From Phaeosaccion multiseriatum (Eukaryota; Protista; Ochrophyta, other classes): a DNA stretch of 64,000 bases. The position numbers and the translations under genes are program-made. The notes below the pieces were generated by a model. The model was not told where the DNA came from and ran no database searches. It was given only the letters and a program-made list of their open reading frames with translations. Below, piece by piece: positions 1 through 13,277 of this stretch; position 1 is the first letter of the stretch, and each line of letters starts with the position of its first letter. Location: assembly GCA_965112735.1 (NCBI GenBank), contig OZ218954.1, positions 1,240,001 to 1,304,000 on the forward strand. The letters are read 5' to 3'.

Positions 1-2623
1 CAAGCCCCTTGGAGAGATAGCCTAGGCCCTTGTCAGTGACGCTGACGGACCTATCCAGGGTGAGGCTGATGAGGCGGCGGGCCTTCTTGGCGAGGGCTCG
101 AAGGCCTTCGTCGGAGAGTTTGAGGGAGCGAGAGAGATCCAAATAGGTGAGGGTGTGCGCCCCCGCCACGTTGAGGAGCGCTGTGATACCCGTGTTGGTG
201 ATCCGGGGCAGCCCTGCGAGAGAGAGAGTCTGTGGTGCCGTGATGGAGGGTGGGGTGTCATGGGTGGAGGATGAGGGTGGGGTTGGGGTATGGGGTATGG
301 GATATAGTGTGTAGGTGTATGGGGCATAGGGCATAGGGCATAGGGCAAGGGGTGTGGGGTATAGGGTATAGGGTATAGGATATAGGGTATAGGGTAAGAG
401 GTATAGGGTATAGGGTACAGGGTGTAGGGTATAGGGTATGGGGTATAGGGGATAGGGTATAGGGTATGGGGTATGGGGTACAAGGTACCGGGTATGGGGG
501 ATAGGGGATAGGGTATAGGGTATAGGGTATTGGGTACAGGGTACAGGGGATAGGGTATAGGGTATAGGGTATAGGGTATGGGGTATGGGGTATGGGGTTC
601 ACGTTATCAAGCTTACCCTGAGCGACTCGAGTTGACCGATTTTTGCAAGTGTCCCGTCCTTCCCCACCAGCGGAAGATCCTTCAGCGTCAGGGACCGGAG
701 CTGCGGACACGCCCCCACAACTCTCTCTACAACGACATCTGTGAGTTGTGCGCAACCCGAAACGGCAAAGGTTTCTAGGTTGGCGAGGCCATGATGCGAC
801 CGGGCTCCGTACACAACGTCCACTTGGTTGATGTAGCGCAGACCCTCGTCAGTGAGGAGGGGGAGGGAGAGCAGGGAGAGCACCCGAAGGACTTTGCAGT
901 GTGTCAGGAGGGCCTGGGGGAGGGAGGGAAGAGGGAGGGAGGGAGGGAGGGAGGGAGGGAGGGAGGGAGGGAGGGAGGGAGGGAGGGAGGGAGGGAGGGA
1001 GGGAGGGAGGGAGGGAGGGAGGGAGGGATGATGAGTACGGTGCGTTGTGGTGGTGTAGGGCTCGGGAGAAGAGTCACACACTCATTCATTCATTCCCGCT
1101 CTCTCTCTCTCTGCGCAGACTCTCGCTTTCCTCTGTCTCCCTCTCTCTTCTCCCCCCCGCCGCTCTCTCTCCCTTCCCAGTCTATGGTTGGCCTTAGCAA
1201 AGAACGATAAAGCCCGAACCGAACCTTGAGGCCTTCGTCTGTAATTCCGCTGCACCCGTCGAATCGAGCCTCCTCCAGCGTATCCCCAAGGCTCCTCGAG
1301 AGAGCTACCAAAGACCGATCCCGGACCCTTCCGTTACCCGACAGGTTGATGACCGTGAGGCGAGTGCATGCCGTGAGAAGCTTCTCCATGCTGTCGTCGC
1401 TGACGCCGCTCCCGGAGCGGGATAGATCGAGGCTGCGAAGGGAGGGGCTCAGGGGGAGGAGGGCTTTCACTCCGTTGTCGGTCAGGCGAGGGGCACCTGA
1501 GAGGTTCAGATAACGGAGAGACTGAAGATGCCGTACCAGAGGAGAAGGAGAGGGAGGGGGGGGGGGGGGGGGGGGGGGGGTGAATGAAAGGAAGAGTGGG
1601 ACATGTTTACGATGCACGCACGTACAGAGAGAGAGACGGAGATGGGAGCTCAGAGGAGGCTTACAAAGAGAAAGGAAATCACAAGGGAGAAGAATCGCCT
1701 GTGCCTTGGCGTATCCCTCCCTCCTCTCCCTCCCTCCCTCCCTCCCTCTCCCTCCCTCCTTCCTCCCAACTTCTCCAGCTCACCCTGCAAGTGACCGCAA
1801 TGACATGAGCGCACGCATCGTCCAGCAGAGGGGAGTCAGGCAGTTCCAAACGCTCCAACTGGCTCTGACCCAAGCTAGCCCCCAGCAGGCGACAGAGGGG
1901 CAGAGGGGCAGGATCGACGAGCCCACGAATCCTCAGCCCGGAGAAGCTGCTGTTCACTGACAATAGGTGGCTGATGCTGGTGTCGCTTAGGCGAGTCTCC
2001 CAGCCATCCAGCACCAAGAAAGGCAGCGGCCTAGAAGTGTTAGACGCGTGAAGAAGCTCGAAGGGGAGCAGCAACTCGGAAGGCCCGCTGTCGTCGTACA
2101 CATGCGCCCCACCAACGCCATCACTGTCCACCTGCTGGCCCCCTTCGGCTGCTATCCCTGTTATGGAGAATCCCTCTTCTGTGGACGCCACACCTTCCGT
2201 AGGAGCAGGGGGCCATCGCCCTGGGTCCGCCTGCTTGCTTCCGTTGCCACTAGTGCCACTGAAAGAGAGCTTCCTCTTCCGAGGCGGTGACGATATCTCT
2301 GGTGTCACCGGCTGTTCCTCACTTTTTCTGTTCTTCTCCGTACCGCCCTCCTCCTCCTTCCCTGTGGCGAAGTCGGACGTCTTCCATCCTCCCTCTATCG
2401 GCGTCACCGGCGCAGTCCCGGGGAAAGAATCGCTTCGAAGGCCCTCCTCCTTGCCTCCGATCTCTCCGGCCGGGGCACGACGGCCACTCTCTGTGTTCGC
2501 CCTCCGCCTCTTCAGGCTGCGTTTTGGCCGCCCCTCTACTATGCCGAGAGCCCCGTCTTCTCTTGCCCATACCTTGTGCTTCGTGTGGGGGGCGGCTGCC
2601 TGCTGCATCCCACTCTCTCTCAT
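1..2623 (-). CDS. Leucine-rich repeat protein (AMN1/FBXL-type cysteine-containing LRRs), 3' end truncated by the window edge
   Basis: Exons 2623-1784, 1521-1225, 913-617 and 229-<1, joined by GT-AG introns in phase 0. Repeats include LRYLNLSGAPRLTDNGV, LRSLDLSRSGSGVSDDSM, LETFAVSGCAQLTD and LTYLDLSRSLKLSDEGL. Confidence 0.85.
285..598 (+). repeat. Degenerate heptamer tandem array (GGGTATA/TATAGGG)n inside an LRR-gene intron
   Basis: About 40 degenerate units such as tatagggtatagggtata and tatggggta, within intron 230-616. Confidence 0.9.
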
Positions 2624-3120
2624 GGTCAAGGATCAAAGTGCCGCTGCGGCAGGTGCGCATAGGTGTGTTTGTTTAACGAAACTGTAAAATTCTTGTCTTT
2701 GCGGGTTGGTGGTAGATCTTGCCATCTGTGAACTCAAAAGTAGACTCGACATTACGTATGGCCTTCGCCGTGGATTTCGGATTTGGGGGGGTTTAGAGGT
2801 TCCTTTGGCCTTAGTTTGCTCGCTGTCATACACGAAGAATTCAGTCCCATGTCCCACGGAGCCTGAACATACATCAAAGGCCTTCTTTCGAGCGAGGACT
2901 CTGCTATTTTTAGGGACGAGAGTAAGGGAAGGGGGGAAGGAGGGGAAAACCTTAATTGAACGTCTCCCCGCCTTCAAGGCGAGGGCAAACACCCAAGAGG
3001 CGCCAGCCCGCAGGGTGGAGCTGGCAGAGCTGGGCCTGACGCTTAGCTGTTTGCTGGGGGGGGTGTCGAAATGAGACCCTAACAGGGGGAGATGCAACGG
3101 CGGTGGGGATGAGGAGGTAA

Positions 3121-3852
3121 ATGACGCCACTCAAGGAGGAGGAGGCGGATGAGGAAGAGAGGAGAGTGCGGGTGGGAGTCTCGGACCCCACGGCCTCCAT
3201 CGACAGCACCGAACTCTTCCGCGTGGGGCTGCCTGCTGATGCCTCCACCCCGCTGCGGAGCTCCACAACATCATGGGCAGGGAGGCAGTCGGGGGGGCAT
3301 GGGCATGGCCCTCCTCAATATGCCATCCGCGGGACGGACAACACTTGGGCGGACACAAGTGCATCTCACCTGTTCGGCAGCGTCATGCGGTCTCCATGCA
3401 GCATGATGCTGCGGGCCAATGAGAACGCCATCTTGCGCTTTCCAGACTTGAACACAGCCATGGGGCAGCAGCAGGTTTGCATTCCATCAATCCTTCCCCT
3501 TCCTTTCTCTCTGTTCTTCACTGTCGAGTGAACTGCTGGGCGGGTGGGGTGGGGTGGGGTGGGGTGGGGTGTGTGTGGAGGGGGGGGTTTAACAACCCCA
3601 ACTCTCTCGTATCGCTTGGGCTGCTGTCGTGTTTTTTGTTGTTCCCTCACCCCACCCATGCCACACATTCGCGCACTCGCTTACTCCGCCCCCTCCGGTC
3701 TCTATCCCCCCTTTCCCGTCTCCTGCCTATTGCACTGCCTATTGCAGGACTTTCAAGGGATGCTGAAAGAGATCATGCAAGACCCGAAAGGGTTTAAGGA
3801 GTTTGTCGTGGATTCCAGGCAGAAGGGCTTCACAGGTCCAGGACAAGGGGAT

Positions 3853-3884
<32 letters not shown>

Positions 3885-6800
3885 TGGTGATCCAGCGGTG
3901 GCTTCGGCAGATGCTTTGGCTGTAGCGCCAGCGGTAGCGGTTGGGACAGGAAGCGGGGTCGAGTTGGTGATGGGGACAGCGGGAAGGGGGGTTGGCGACG
4001 ACAGCGGCGGCAGCGGTAAGCCTCCGTACGACCAACATGCGCGTGCCAGACCTGACGCGGCCATGTCACCAACAGTGATTGCACCAGGAGTCACTCCGGT
4101 GCAGCAGGGGGAGGACGAAGGTATGGGGAAAGGGCTGCTTCGAATGGAGAAGTTAAGAAGAGGAGGAGGAGGAGGTGCAGCAGTTGCTGGGCAGCAGCAG
4201 CAGTTGGCGATGCTACAGCAGTCCACACTGTCGGCTCTCGCCCTGCCCAACATCGAGGAGACCGACGGGGTGGTGGTGGAGGAGGAGGAGGAGGAGGAGG
4301 AGGAGGAGGAGGAGGAGGAGGACGAGGAAGATAACCATACCAGGCACCCCGCCCCCCGCGTGAGGCTACTTGGAGCTACGGAGCCGGAAAATAGTCATTT
4401 AGTAGGAGAAGGAAGAGGAGGAGGAGGAGAAGAAGAAGAAGAAGAAGAAGAAGAAGAAGAAGAAGAAGAAGAAGAAGAAGAACAAGAACAAGAACAAGAA
4501 GAACAAGAAGAACAAGAACAAGAACAAGAACAAGAACAAGAACAAGAAGACGACGGCGACTTGCCTAAGGAGCTTGCCCGGCTCACTGCTGTTCCCAAGC
4601 TGTGCCTCCAGCCTTCGAAGCCGCCGACTGGTGAGAAAGAGTACGCGTGTTACGTCTTCGCGGAGGGAGGGGAGGGGAGAGAGGAAGGGCCGGCTTTATT
4701 TGCCGACGTGCGTGTGTGTGTGTGTGCGTGTGTGTGTGTTTGTGCGAGTGTGTGTGTGTGCGCGCGCGTGTGTGTGTGCGTGTGCATGTGAATACAGAGA
4801 GCGTAGGAGAGAGATTACCGAAGCCGGGGAAGTGTCTGTGTATGCGTACATGTGTGCCCATCGCAACAATGACTGAAACAACCCCAAAAAACCGTATTTC
4901 CCACGCGTGGCCTTGCAGATGTCCCCAGGGCGCTGACGAGTAGCCTCAGCACCCTCTGCAGTCTGCAGAATAGTCTTCAGAGTATGCAGAGTATGGGCCA
5001 CAACTTCTCCCCACCCCCGCTGCCAGGCGCCTCTCGGGAGAGTGGGGGGAGTGGGGGGAGTAGGGGGAGTGGGCGTCAGACAACACCTTTCGGCCACGAA
5101 GATGAACAGCAGCAGTTGGTGATACAGCAGCAGCAGAAGCAGGAGCAGGAGAAGCACGAGCAGAAGCAGGAGCAGAAGCAGGAGCAGCTGCTGGCGCCGC
5201 CACAAACGAGAGTTACGGCAGATCGATCGACAGCTTCATTGTTATCCTCCGCTGCGCAGCGGGCGGTGCTGCCGTCCGCAGGAGCGGCAGGGACAGCGAC
5301 CACCACCGTGCCTTTGCCTCCACCAGTAATGACGTCAGTAATGACGTTTGAGGCAACGCCCCCCGGGGAAGGACAGCCAGACGAGGGGTCCGTGATGGAT
5401 TACGGCAAGCTTGTGCCGGTGGGGCAGGGCCGGTTTAGCACGGTGTTTTATGGGGAGCGTAGCTGGGATCGGAAACCGTGCGCCATCAAACGCATCAAGA
5501 TTACGTCCATTCCCAGCAACGTCAACACCAACACGGGTAACGGCTCTGGCCCTGGCGGGAGGGGCAGTCTCACCAGGACAGGGAGCGGTAAGTCGGGTAG
5601 CGGTGCGGGGAAGGCACCAGGGGCGGTGGAGAGGCGAGCGCTGGAGAGGGAGAGGAGGAGGGCCAGCAGAAGAGGCAATGTGGGGGGTGGTGGCGGCGGT
5701 GCCACAGGGGAAGCAGTTGGTGGTGCGGCAGCGGGGTCATCCAGAACTGCTGGCAAGAGCGCCCTGGATGGGGGCATGGCCTACGAGAAGTGCCTGAAGG
5801 AGGTGTCGCTGCTGAAACGGCTCAGCTGTCCGCAGATTGTTGAGCTGTACACGGCGTTTGTCGACAGGTGAGAAGGGTATCGAGGAGAGGAGGGAGGGGG
5901 AGGAGGAGGGGACACACGCAGACGCAAAATGCAAAAACATACACACACACATACACACATATACATATATATGATGTATATATATAAGTATGTAATTGTA
6001 TATACTGGCTCTCGTTGTGACTGTTCTTATCCTCATGTTGACTCCCCTAACCTCTCTATCTGTCTATCTCTCTCTCTCACGCCCGCACACGCGCACACAC
6101 GCACGCACACACACACACACTCCATGCTCGCCTCAACGACCCGCCATGATATGCCTGGACTGGAGCAGAGACTTCATGTGGATAGTCCTCGAGTGGGTGG
6201 GAGGAGCGGACATGAAGACCATCATCGACGGACTCAGAGCAAGCAATATGCGCCTCAACGAGCGGCTGGTGTGGACGTACTTCAGTCAGCTGAGCTCTGC
6301 CATTGAGCACATGCACGGGAAGAGGGTCATTCACCGGGACCTCAAACCCGCCAACGTGAGTAGGAGGAGGAGGAGGAGGAGGAGGGTGGGTGGGTGGTGG
6401 TTGTCCTCGTTGCTATGGGATTCTCTTTGCTCGTTGTATTCTTTCTCGCGTTTTGCCCCTCCGCCTGCTGACGCGTTTTAACCCACTGTGCGCGCACACA
6501 CACACGCACACACACACACACACACACACACCACACACACGCCCACGCTCTCACACACACACATACACAGCTTCTCGTGAGAGCCGATGGTGTGGTTAAG
6601 CTTGGAGACTTCGGACTAGGAAAGTGAGAGATGAGTGTGTGTCCCCTTCTCTGCCCTTCACTCTCTCCCTTTCTTTCTCTCTCTCTCTCTCCTGTCTTCT
6701 CTCTCTCTCTGTGCCCCCTGTCTCTCTCTCACACACATATATCCATTGATCTCTCTCCGCCCGCCCTGTTGCCCCTCCTACAGGGCGGTACCTCAACCTG

Positions 6801-7844
6801 AGTGTGCTGGCCTTCAGCACTGTAGGCACCCCCCTATATATGGCCCCCGAAGTACTGCAGCGCAAAGGTATGTAAGAGTATGTGTACTGTTTGTGCATTC
6901 ATAAGTCATTAATAGGTAATCAGACATAAGTAGGTAGGTAGGTAGGTGGGTAGGTGGGCAGGTAGGTAGACAGGCCGAGACCCTCTTCAGGCCAGGTAGT
7001 GACACCAGCTTGCCCTCTGTTCCTCCCATCGACTGCCATCCCTGACTCCCCTCCCTCCTCCTCTCCCCCGCACTCCATCCCTCCCTCCACCCATCCTTCC
7101 ATTCGACCCCCCCCTCCCTCCGTAGGCAACGGCTTCGCATGTGACATCTGGAGCCTAGGCTGTGTGTTGTTCGAGATGTGCTGTCTCACGAGCCCCTTCT
7201 TCGTGCACGGCTCTTCCTCCCTGCCCCAAATCTTCGATCGCATCGTTGCAGGGGAGGTGGCAGAGGTGGATCCCTTGTACAGGTGCGCGGGTTGGTGATA
7301 TGGTGGTACGACTGGTGCTGCGACGCTGCTGCTGCAATCAATTCACACCCCCCCCCACTCTGTGTGCCTGCGCCCTCCAACTCACTCGTGTGTATATATA
7401 TAGTATATATCATAATTCCAACAAACTCACTTGCGTGTATCTACTCCTCCCTGCTCTTTCTCTCTTTTGTGTGTATTCTCCTAAAGTGGACTGGTTCGCC
7501 AATTGGTATACAAGACGCTCCAAACGGATCAGGAGCTTCGACCGACAAGTAGCCAGATAGCCATAGAGTCAAAAGAGTGTTATCGATGCTTGGTGGGTGG
7601 TGCAGAAGCAGCAGCAGTAGACAGACCCGAGGGAGGAGGAGGAAGAGGGGAGGGGGGAGGAGGAGGAGGAGGAGGAGGAGGAGAACCAACAGCTTCAGCA
7701 GCAACAGGTGGAGGAGGAGGGCCACCACCACTAGCTTCAGCAGCAACAGAGGGGGGGGGGGGGAGGAGGAGGAGGAGAGGGGCAGAGAAGAGAGGACGGA
7801 GAGGACGGCGGAGACAACGCAACAGCAACGGCACCAATTGGTGA
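3121..7844 (+). CDS. NIMA-related Ser/Thr kinase (NEK6/7-like catalytic domain) with a long low-complexity N-terminus
   Basis: Exons 3121-3474, 3748-4630, 4919-5867, 6169-6355, 6571-6619, 6784-6867, 7126-7282, 7487-7844. Motifs GQGRFSTVF, AIK, CLKEVSLL, ERLVWTYF, HRDLKPAN, DFGLGRYL, GTPLYMAPE, DIWSLGC. The C-terminus is uncertain because of the G-run at 7751-7763. Confidence 0.9.
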
Positions 7845-8819
7845 TACAGCAGCGCGGGAGCAGGCAGAGGGCGACTCCACGCTCTCCTCTTCATGTCCTG
7901 GGAAGGAAGGACCGGAGCCGATCGCGCCTCGACAGGTGGACACCCAAGCCACCCGGAGACTCCTGCAGTGGGTGCTCGATCCGGATGTAGTATGGAGGAA
8001 GGAGAAGAGGAGAGGGACGGAACAGAGTGGTGGTGGTGGTGGTGGTGGTGGTGGCCTACCGGAAGAACAGCAACGAAAACGAAAGCAAGGAGGAGAGGCA
8101 GGGCAAGAAGGACAACGACGAGATGGAGAAGAAGAAGCAGTGCCGTGGAATTTTCATCCTGACTTCGTCCACGTGTTCCAATCCTTGCCTCATACGTGCA
8201 GCGGGTGAGTGAGTGAGTGAGTGCGAGCGTGCGTGGACCAAACAATGTGCGAGTGTTCCCTCCACCTTCCTTTTGTCCCTTATTTTGGCTCTCGCTTTCT
8301 TTCCCCATCTCTCTCTCTCTCTCTCTCTTCCCGTCCTCCCTGGCTATGCATCACCCACTCCACTTGGTCCCTTTCATGGGCTCTCTGGGCTCTCCTCTAT
8401 CCTCTTCCTGTCGCTCGCTCACTCCCCCCTCCACCGCCATCCGCTGCCATCCGCCCCCCCTCCCCTCCCCCCCCCCTTCTCTCTGCCCCTCAACAGGCCT
8501 TGTATAAAGCCGGTCCGACCACACTTGTCATTCCCGTCTTCACCGTAGATTAGATACAAAGCATTACATATACATGAGTCACCCCAACGTTTCGTCTTTG
8601 TCACAATGACTTACGATGTAAAAAAAACTTAGCACACCTGCTGTGCGAGACAGAAATGAGACCAAAAGCCTTTGGAGAGCATGGCCATGTGTGTGTGTGT
8701 GTGTGTGTGTGTTTGTGTGTGTGTGCGTGTGCGTGTGTGTTGCGTGTGTGTGTGTGCGTGTGCGTGTGTGTGTTTATGTGGGCGTGTGCGTGTGCGTGTG
8801 CGTGTGTGTTTGTGTGTGT

Positions 8820-8857
<38 letters not shown>

Positions 8858-8902
8858 TGTGTGTTGCTACTGTACATATCCCTTGCGAAGAAATGTATAA
8901 AT

Positions 8903-10175
8903 TCATCTCCCTTTCCATCCCTGCTCCATCCTCTCGTCACTTTTAGTCGTTGGTGAACCCCTGTCGACTTGCTGCCGACTGGATGCCCCCAGCATTGGCG
9001 GTGCGCGACTTAGTAAGGAGCCCTCCTCCTCCTCCTCCTCCTCCTCCTCCTCCTCCTCCTCCTCCTCCTCCTCCTCCTCCTCCTCCTCCTCCTCCTCCTC
9101 CTCCTCCTCCTCCTCCTCCTCCTTCTCCTCCTCCTCCTCCTCCTCCTCCTCCTCCTCCTCCTCCTCCTCCTCCTCCTCCTCCTCCTCCTCCTTCTCCTTC
9201 TCCTGGCCCTGAGCCTCAGCCTCGTGTCGGGGAGGAGGAGCGTAGAAGGGGTGACTCGGTGACGGTGAAGATGGTAATGAAGATGGTGATGATGCCTTCA
9301 GCCCCCGCGAGGCCCTGACTCTTCTCACCCTCGTCCACCCTGTGCAATGGTGCTGCTGCTGGTGGTGGTGGCTGACATCCACATCACCGTTCGTCGTCGT
9401 CACAGTACTTGATGCTGCTCGCCTATTGTGAGCCCCGCCCTCGCCCCGCTGCCCCATACCCACATCTTTTCGAAGCCGTGAGAGCACGTGCAACTGCTTC
9501 TTCTTCCGCTCCTCCTCCTCCGCCTGGCGCCTGACTTCCATGGCCTGTACCTTCTCCTCCAATTCGTGTACGGTCGTCGCCAGAGTGTCTCTCTCCCTTC
9601 TAGCGGCGAGACGTTGTTGCTGCAGCAGGTTCTCCGCCTGGTGGGTGGACCGCAGTGTACCAGTTGGAGATACAGGATGAAGGGTATAGGACACGTGACG
9701 AGTAATGATATGATGGAGCAGAGAGAGCAGAGAGAGCAGAGCAGACAGAGGCAGAGACAGAGGCAGAGATAGAGGCAGAGACAGTGGCGGTAGAGCGGAG
9801 GGGGGGCTCTCCCTCGCCCTCTCTCTCCTCCCCAACTCAACACCTCCTCAACCTTCAAAAGTAATCACCGAAACTTCAACTTCAAACTTCAATACCGATC
9901 GAAACTGACCTTGATTGCGAGGGAGTGCTTGAGGGCCTTGAGTCTCTCCTGCTGAAGCCCCATGTCCGCTTTGAAGGAGAGCAGCGTGTAGAGCCGCTGA
10001 GTGCTGCACACGTCCTGCGCGATGTGCCCCGCGGAGTTGGTGATATCGGCGTCTGGGGGCAGGCAAAAGAGGAGGGCAGGTATATGGGGCAGGTACGTCA
10101 CACACACGTACGTATCACACACACGAACACACGCACAAGCGGGAACTCATACATATGCACTCTCTCTCTCTCTCT

Positions 10176-10214
<39 letters not shown>

Positions 10215-10405
10215 TCCCTCTTTTCTCTCTCTCTCTCTCTGTCCTGACACCCCCCCCACGCACCTGCTCCGGCGTCCATGAGAGCTATCACCACACTCTC
10301 GTGACCGCCTTTACACGCCAAGTGGAGGGCCGTGTTCTTAGAGCTGTTAAAGGGCACCGGGGGAAGGGGGACATTGGTTGGTTGGTTGGTTGGATGTTTG
10401 TTGCT

Positions 10406-10436
<31 letters not shown>

Positions 10437-13219
10437 TGTGCTTGCTTGTTTGGGTGGTTGGTTGGTTGGTTGGCAAGCTGGTTGGCAAGTTGGTTGGTTG
10501 ATTGTTTGATTGATTGATTGATTCGCATACATAAGTACGTAAATAAGATCAACCCTTCGACAAGCCGACGCACCTGTCTACCGCGTTCACGTCCGTTCTC
10601 GTCCGCTTGCTTGTGAACCTGCGCCACACAAGAGAGGGGGGGGGGGGACGAACGTTAGAGGCAGAGCCGAACACAAACTCGATGCACTCCCTCCCTCCCT
10701 CCCTCTCCTCCCCCATCCACAGCCATCCATCCATCCCTCCATCCCTCCCTCCCTTCCGTCGCCCTCCCCTACTCACCCAGCTGTCGTCTTGGGCATAAGA
10801 TGGTTATCCAACAAACGTCTGGTGATGTCTACCCAGCCCTGCTCACTTGCCACGTGTAAGGGCGTTCTGTTCGACTCATCTCGAGCGTTGGGGTCGGCGC
10901 CATTGTCAAAGCAGAGGCGGTGCACAGCATCCACTGCCATCCGAGGGGGGAGGGAGGGAGGGAGGGACGGAGGGAGGGAGGGAGGGAGGGAGGGAGGGAG
11001 GGAGGGAGGGAGGGAGGGAGGGAGGGAGGGAGGGAGGGAGGGAGGGAGGGAGGGAGGGAGGGAGGGAGGGAGGGAGGGAGGGAGGGAGGGAGGGAGGGAG
11101 GGAGGGAGGGAGGGAGGGAGGGAGGGAGGGAGGGAGGGAGGGAGGGAGGGAGGGAGGGAGGGAGGGAGGGAGGGAGGGAGGGAGGGAGGGAGGGAGGGAG
11201 GGAGGGAGGGAGGGAGGGAGGGAGGGAGGGAGGGAGGGAGGGAGGGAGGGAGGGAGGGAGGGAGGGAGGGAGGGAGGGAGGGAGGGAGGGAGGGAGGGAG
11301 GGAGGGAGGGAGGGAGGGAGGGAGGGAGGGAGGGAGGGAGGGAGGGAGGGAGGGAGGGAGGGAGGGAGGGAGGGAGGGAGGGAGGGAGGGAGGGAGGGAG
11401 GGAGGGAGGGAGGGAGGGAGGGAGGGAGGGAGGGAGGGAGGGAGGGAGGGAGGGAGGGAGGGAGGGAGGGAGGGAGGGAGGGAGGGAGGGAGGGAGGGAG
11501 GGAGGGAGGGAGGGAGGGAGGGAGGGAGGGAGGGAGGGAGGGAGGGAGGGAGGGAGGGAGGGAGGGAGGGAGGGAGGGAGGGAGGGAGGGAGGGAGGGAG
11601 GGAGGGAGGGAGGGAGGGAGGGAGGGAGGGAGGGAGGGAGGGAGGGAGGGAGGGAGGGAGGGAGGGAGGGAGGGAGGGAGGGAGGGAGGGAGGGAGGGAG
11701 GGAGGGAGGGAGGGAGGGAGGGAGGGAGGGAGGGAGGGAGGGAGGGAGGGAGGGAGGGAGGGAGGGAGGGAGGGAGGGAGGGAGGGAGGGAGGGAGGGAG
11801 GGAGGGAGGGAGGGAGGGAGGGAGGGAGGGAGGGAGGGAGGGAGGGAGGGAGGGAGAGAGGCGTTTAGGGAGTGGAGAACAAGTCCAAGCGAAGAGCGGT
11901 GCCCTCTCTGTCTGTCTCCCTCTCTGTCTGGCATGTCTCTCCCCCTCCGTCTCTCTCTCTCTCCCTCTCCATTGGGTCTTTCCCATGGATCACCTTCTCC
12001 AAACAAGCACGAGAAGTGCAGAGCTGTCTTCTTGTTCCTCTTCGTGCCGCTTGCCGTTTCACTCGAGCCCCCCAGACTAGTTACACTGTTAGAAGAACAG
12101 CAAGAGGAGCAAGAAGAAGCAGCGACACTACTTTGGCTTTGATTCTCGCCGCCACAACTGCTGTAACTGCTGCTATCGCTGAATATGTGTCCACGGCGAT
12201 CTATGCGTCATTTTGGGACGGAAAGGGAGGGGAGGGGAGGGGAGGGGAGGGGAGGGGAGGGGAGGGGAGGGGAGGGGGGGGGAGGCGACGGAAGGGGAGG
12301 GGAGAGAGCGAAGGGAGGGGGGAGGGGAGAGAAGGGGAGGGGAGAAAAGGGGAGGGGAGGGGACAGGGAGGAGAGGGGACGGGGAGGGGAGGGGAGGGGA
12401 GGGGACTCGGATCAGAGGCTAGAAGGAACTGGTAGTAGGGGGGGGCTGAAACGATAACGTTCGCTTCCTCAGTGCAACAGAAGCGCAAACCCTCACCTCT
12501 CTTGGTGCGCGTGGAAGGTTTCCGAGCGGCTTTGGAGTGTGACTCCTTCCGGAACTGGAATTGTTTGGGGTGACGTGTTTCGGGTCGCAGTTTCAGTTTG
12601 GTGTGTCTTGTACGGGGGTGGGGGCACACATTGACCACAGGCCTGAAACAGTGATGGCAAGTCATCCTCCCTCCCACCCACCATCCACTAGCCCACCCAC
12701 CCAAACACACACGCACACGCACACTCACCCACCCACCCACCCACCCACCTGCGTGAGCAAGAGGTTATTTCGCTCCTCGGCCTTCGCTCTCTTGCAACAC
12801 CTCCCGTCTAGACACTGACCATACATAACGTGCTCCTTAAAGGAGTGGACAGGTGGGGGGAGGGCAAGGGGGAGAGGGGGGAGTTATGGGGTACATAGGC
12901 ATAGGGGCATGGGTAGGGGAAGTAGCAGGTGGTAGGCATATGGGTTAGAGCAGGCAGGCCATCATCACCTCTACATACCTCCACGTTACAGCCATAGCCG
13001 AAGCCTTTCCACTCACGCAAGGAGGGGGGCTCCGAATCGGCTTGGTGCTGCACAAGGGACTCGTAAGGATGAGGACCGTTAATGGAGGGGGCGTGTGACG
13101 CATTGGAGAGTGCAGAAAGAGGTGTGTTGTACGCCCCAGGGCCGGGCTGGGGAGGGTAATTGTTGAAGTTGTGGTGGCATGGTATTGTCAGACGGAAGAG
13201 AGGGGGAGAAAGGAGGCCG

Positions 13220-13277
<58 letters not shown>

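Noticed and set aside
22-755. (YPIPYTL)n proline/tyrosine-rich ORFs resembling structural proteins
   Set aside because: They come from the heptamer repeat inside a well-defined GT-AG intron (230-616).
10789-12142. Long ORFs encoding (GGRE)n or (PSLP)n
   Set aside because: They are translations of the intronic (GGGA)n array.
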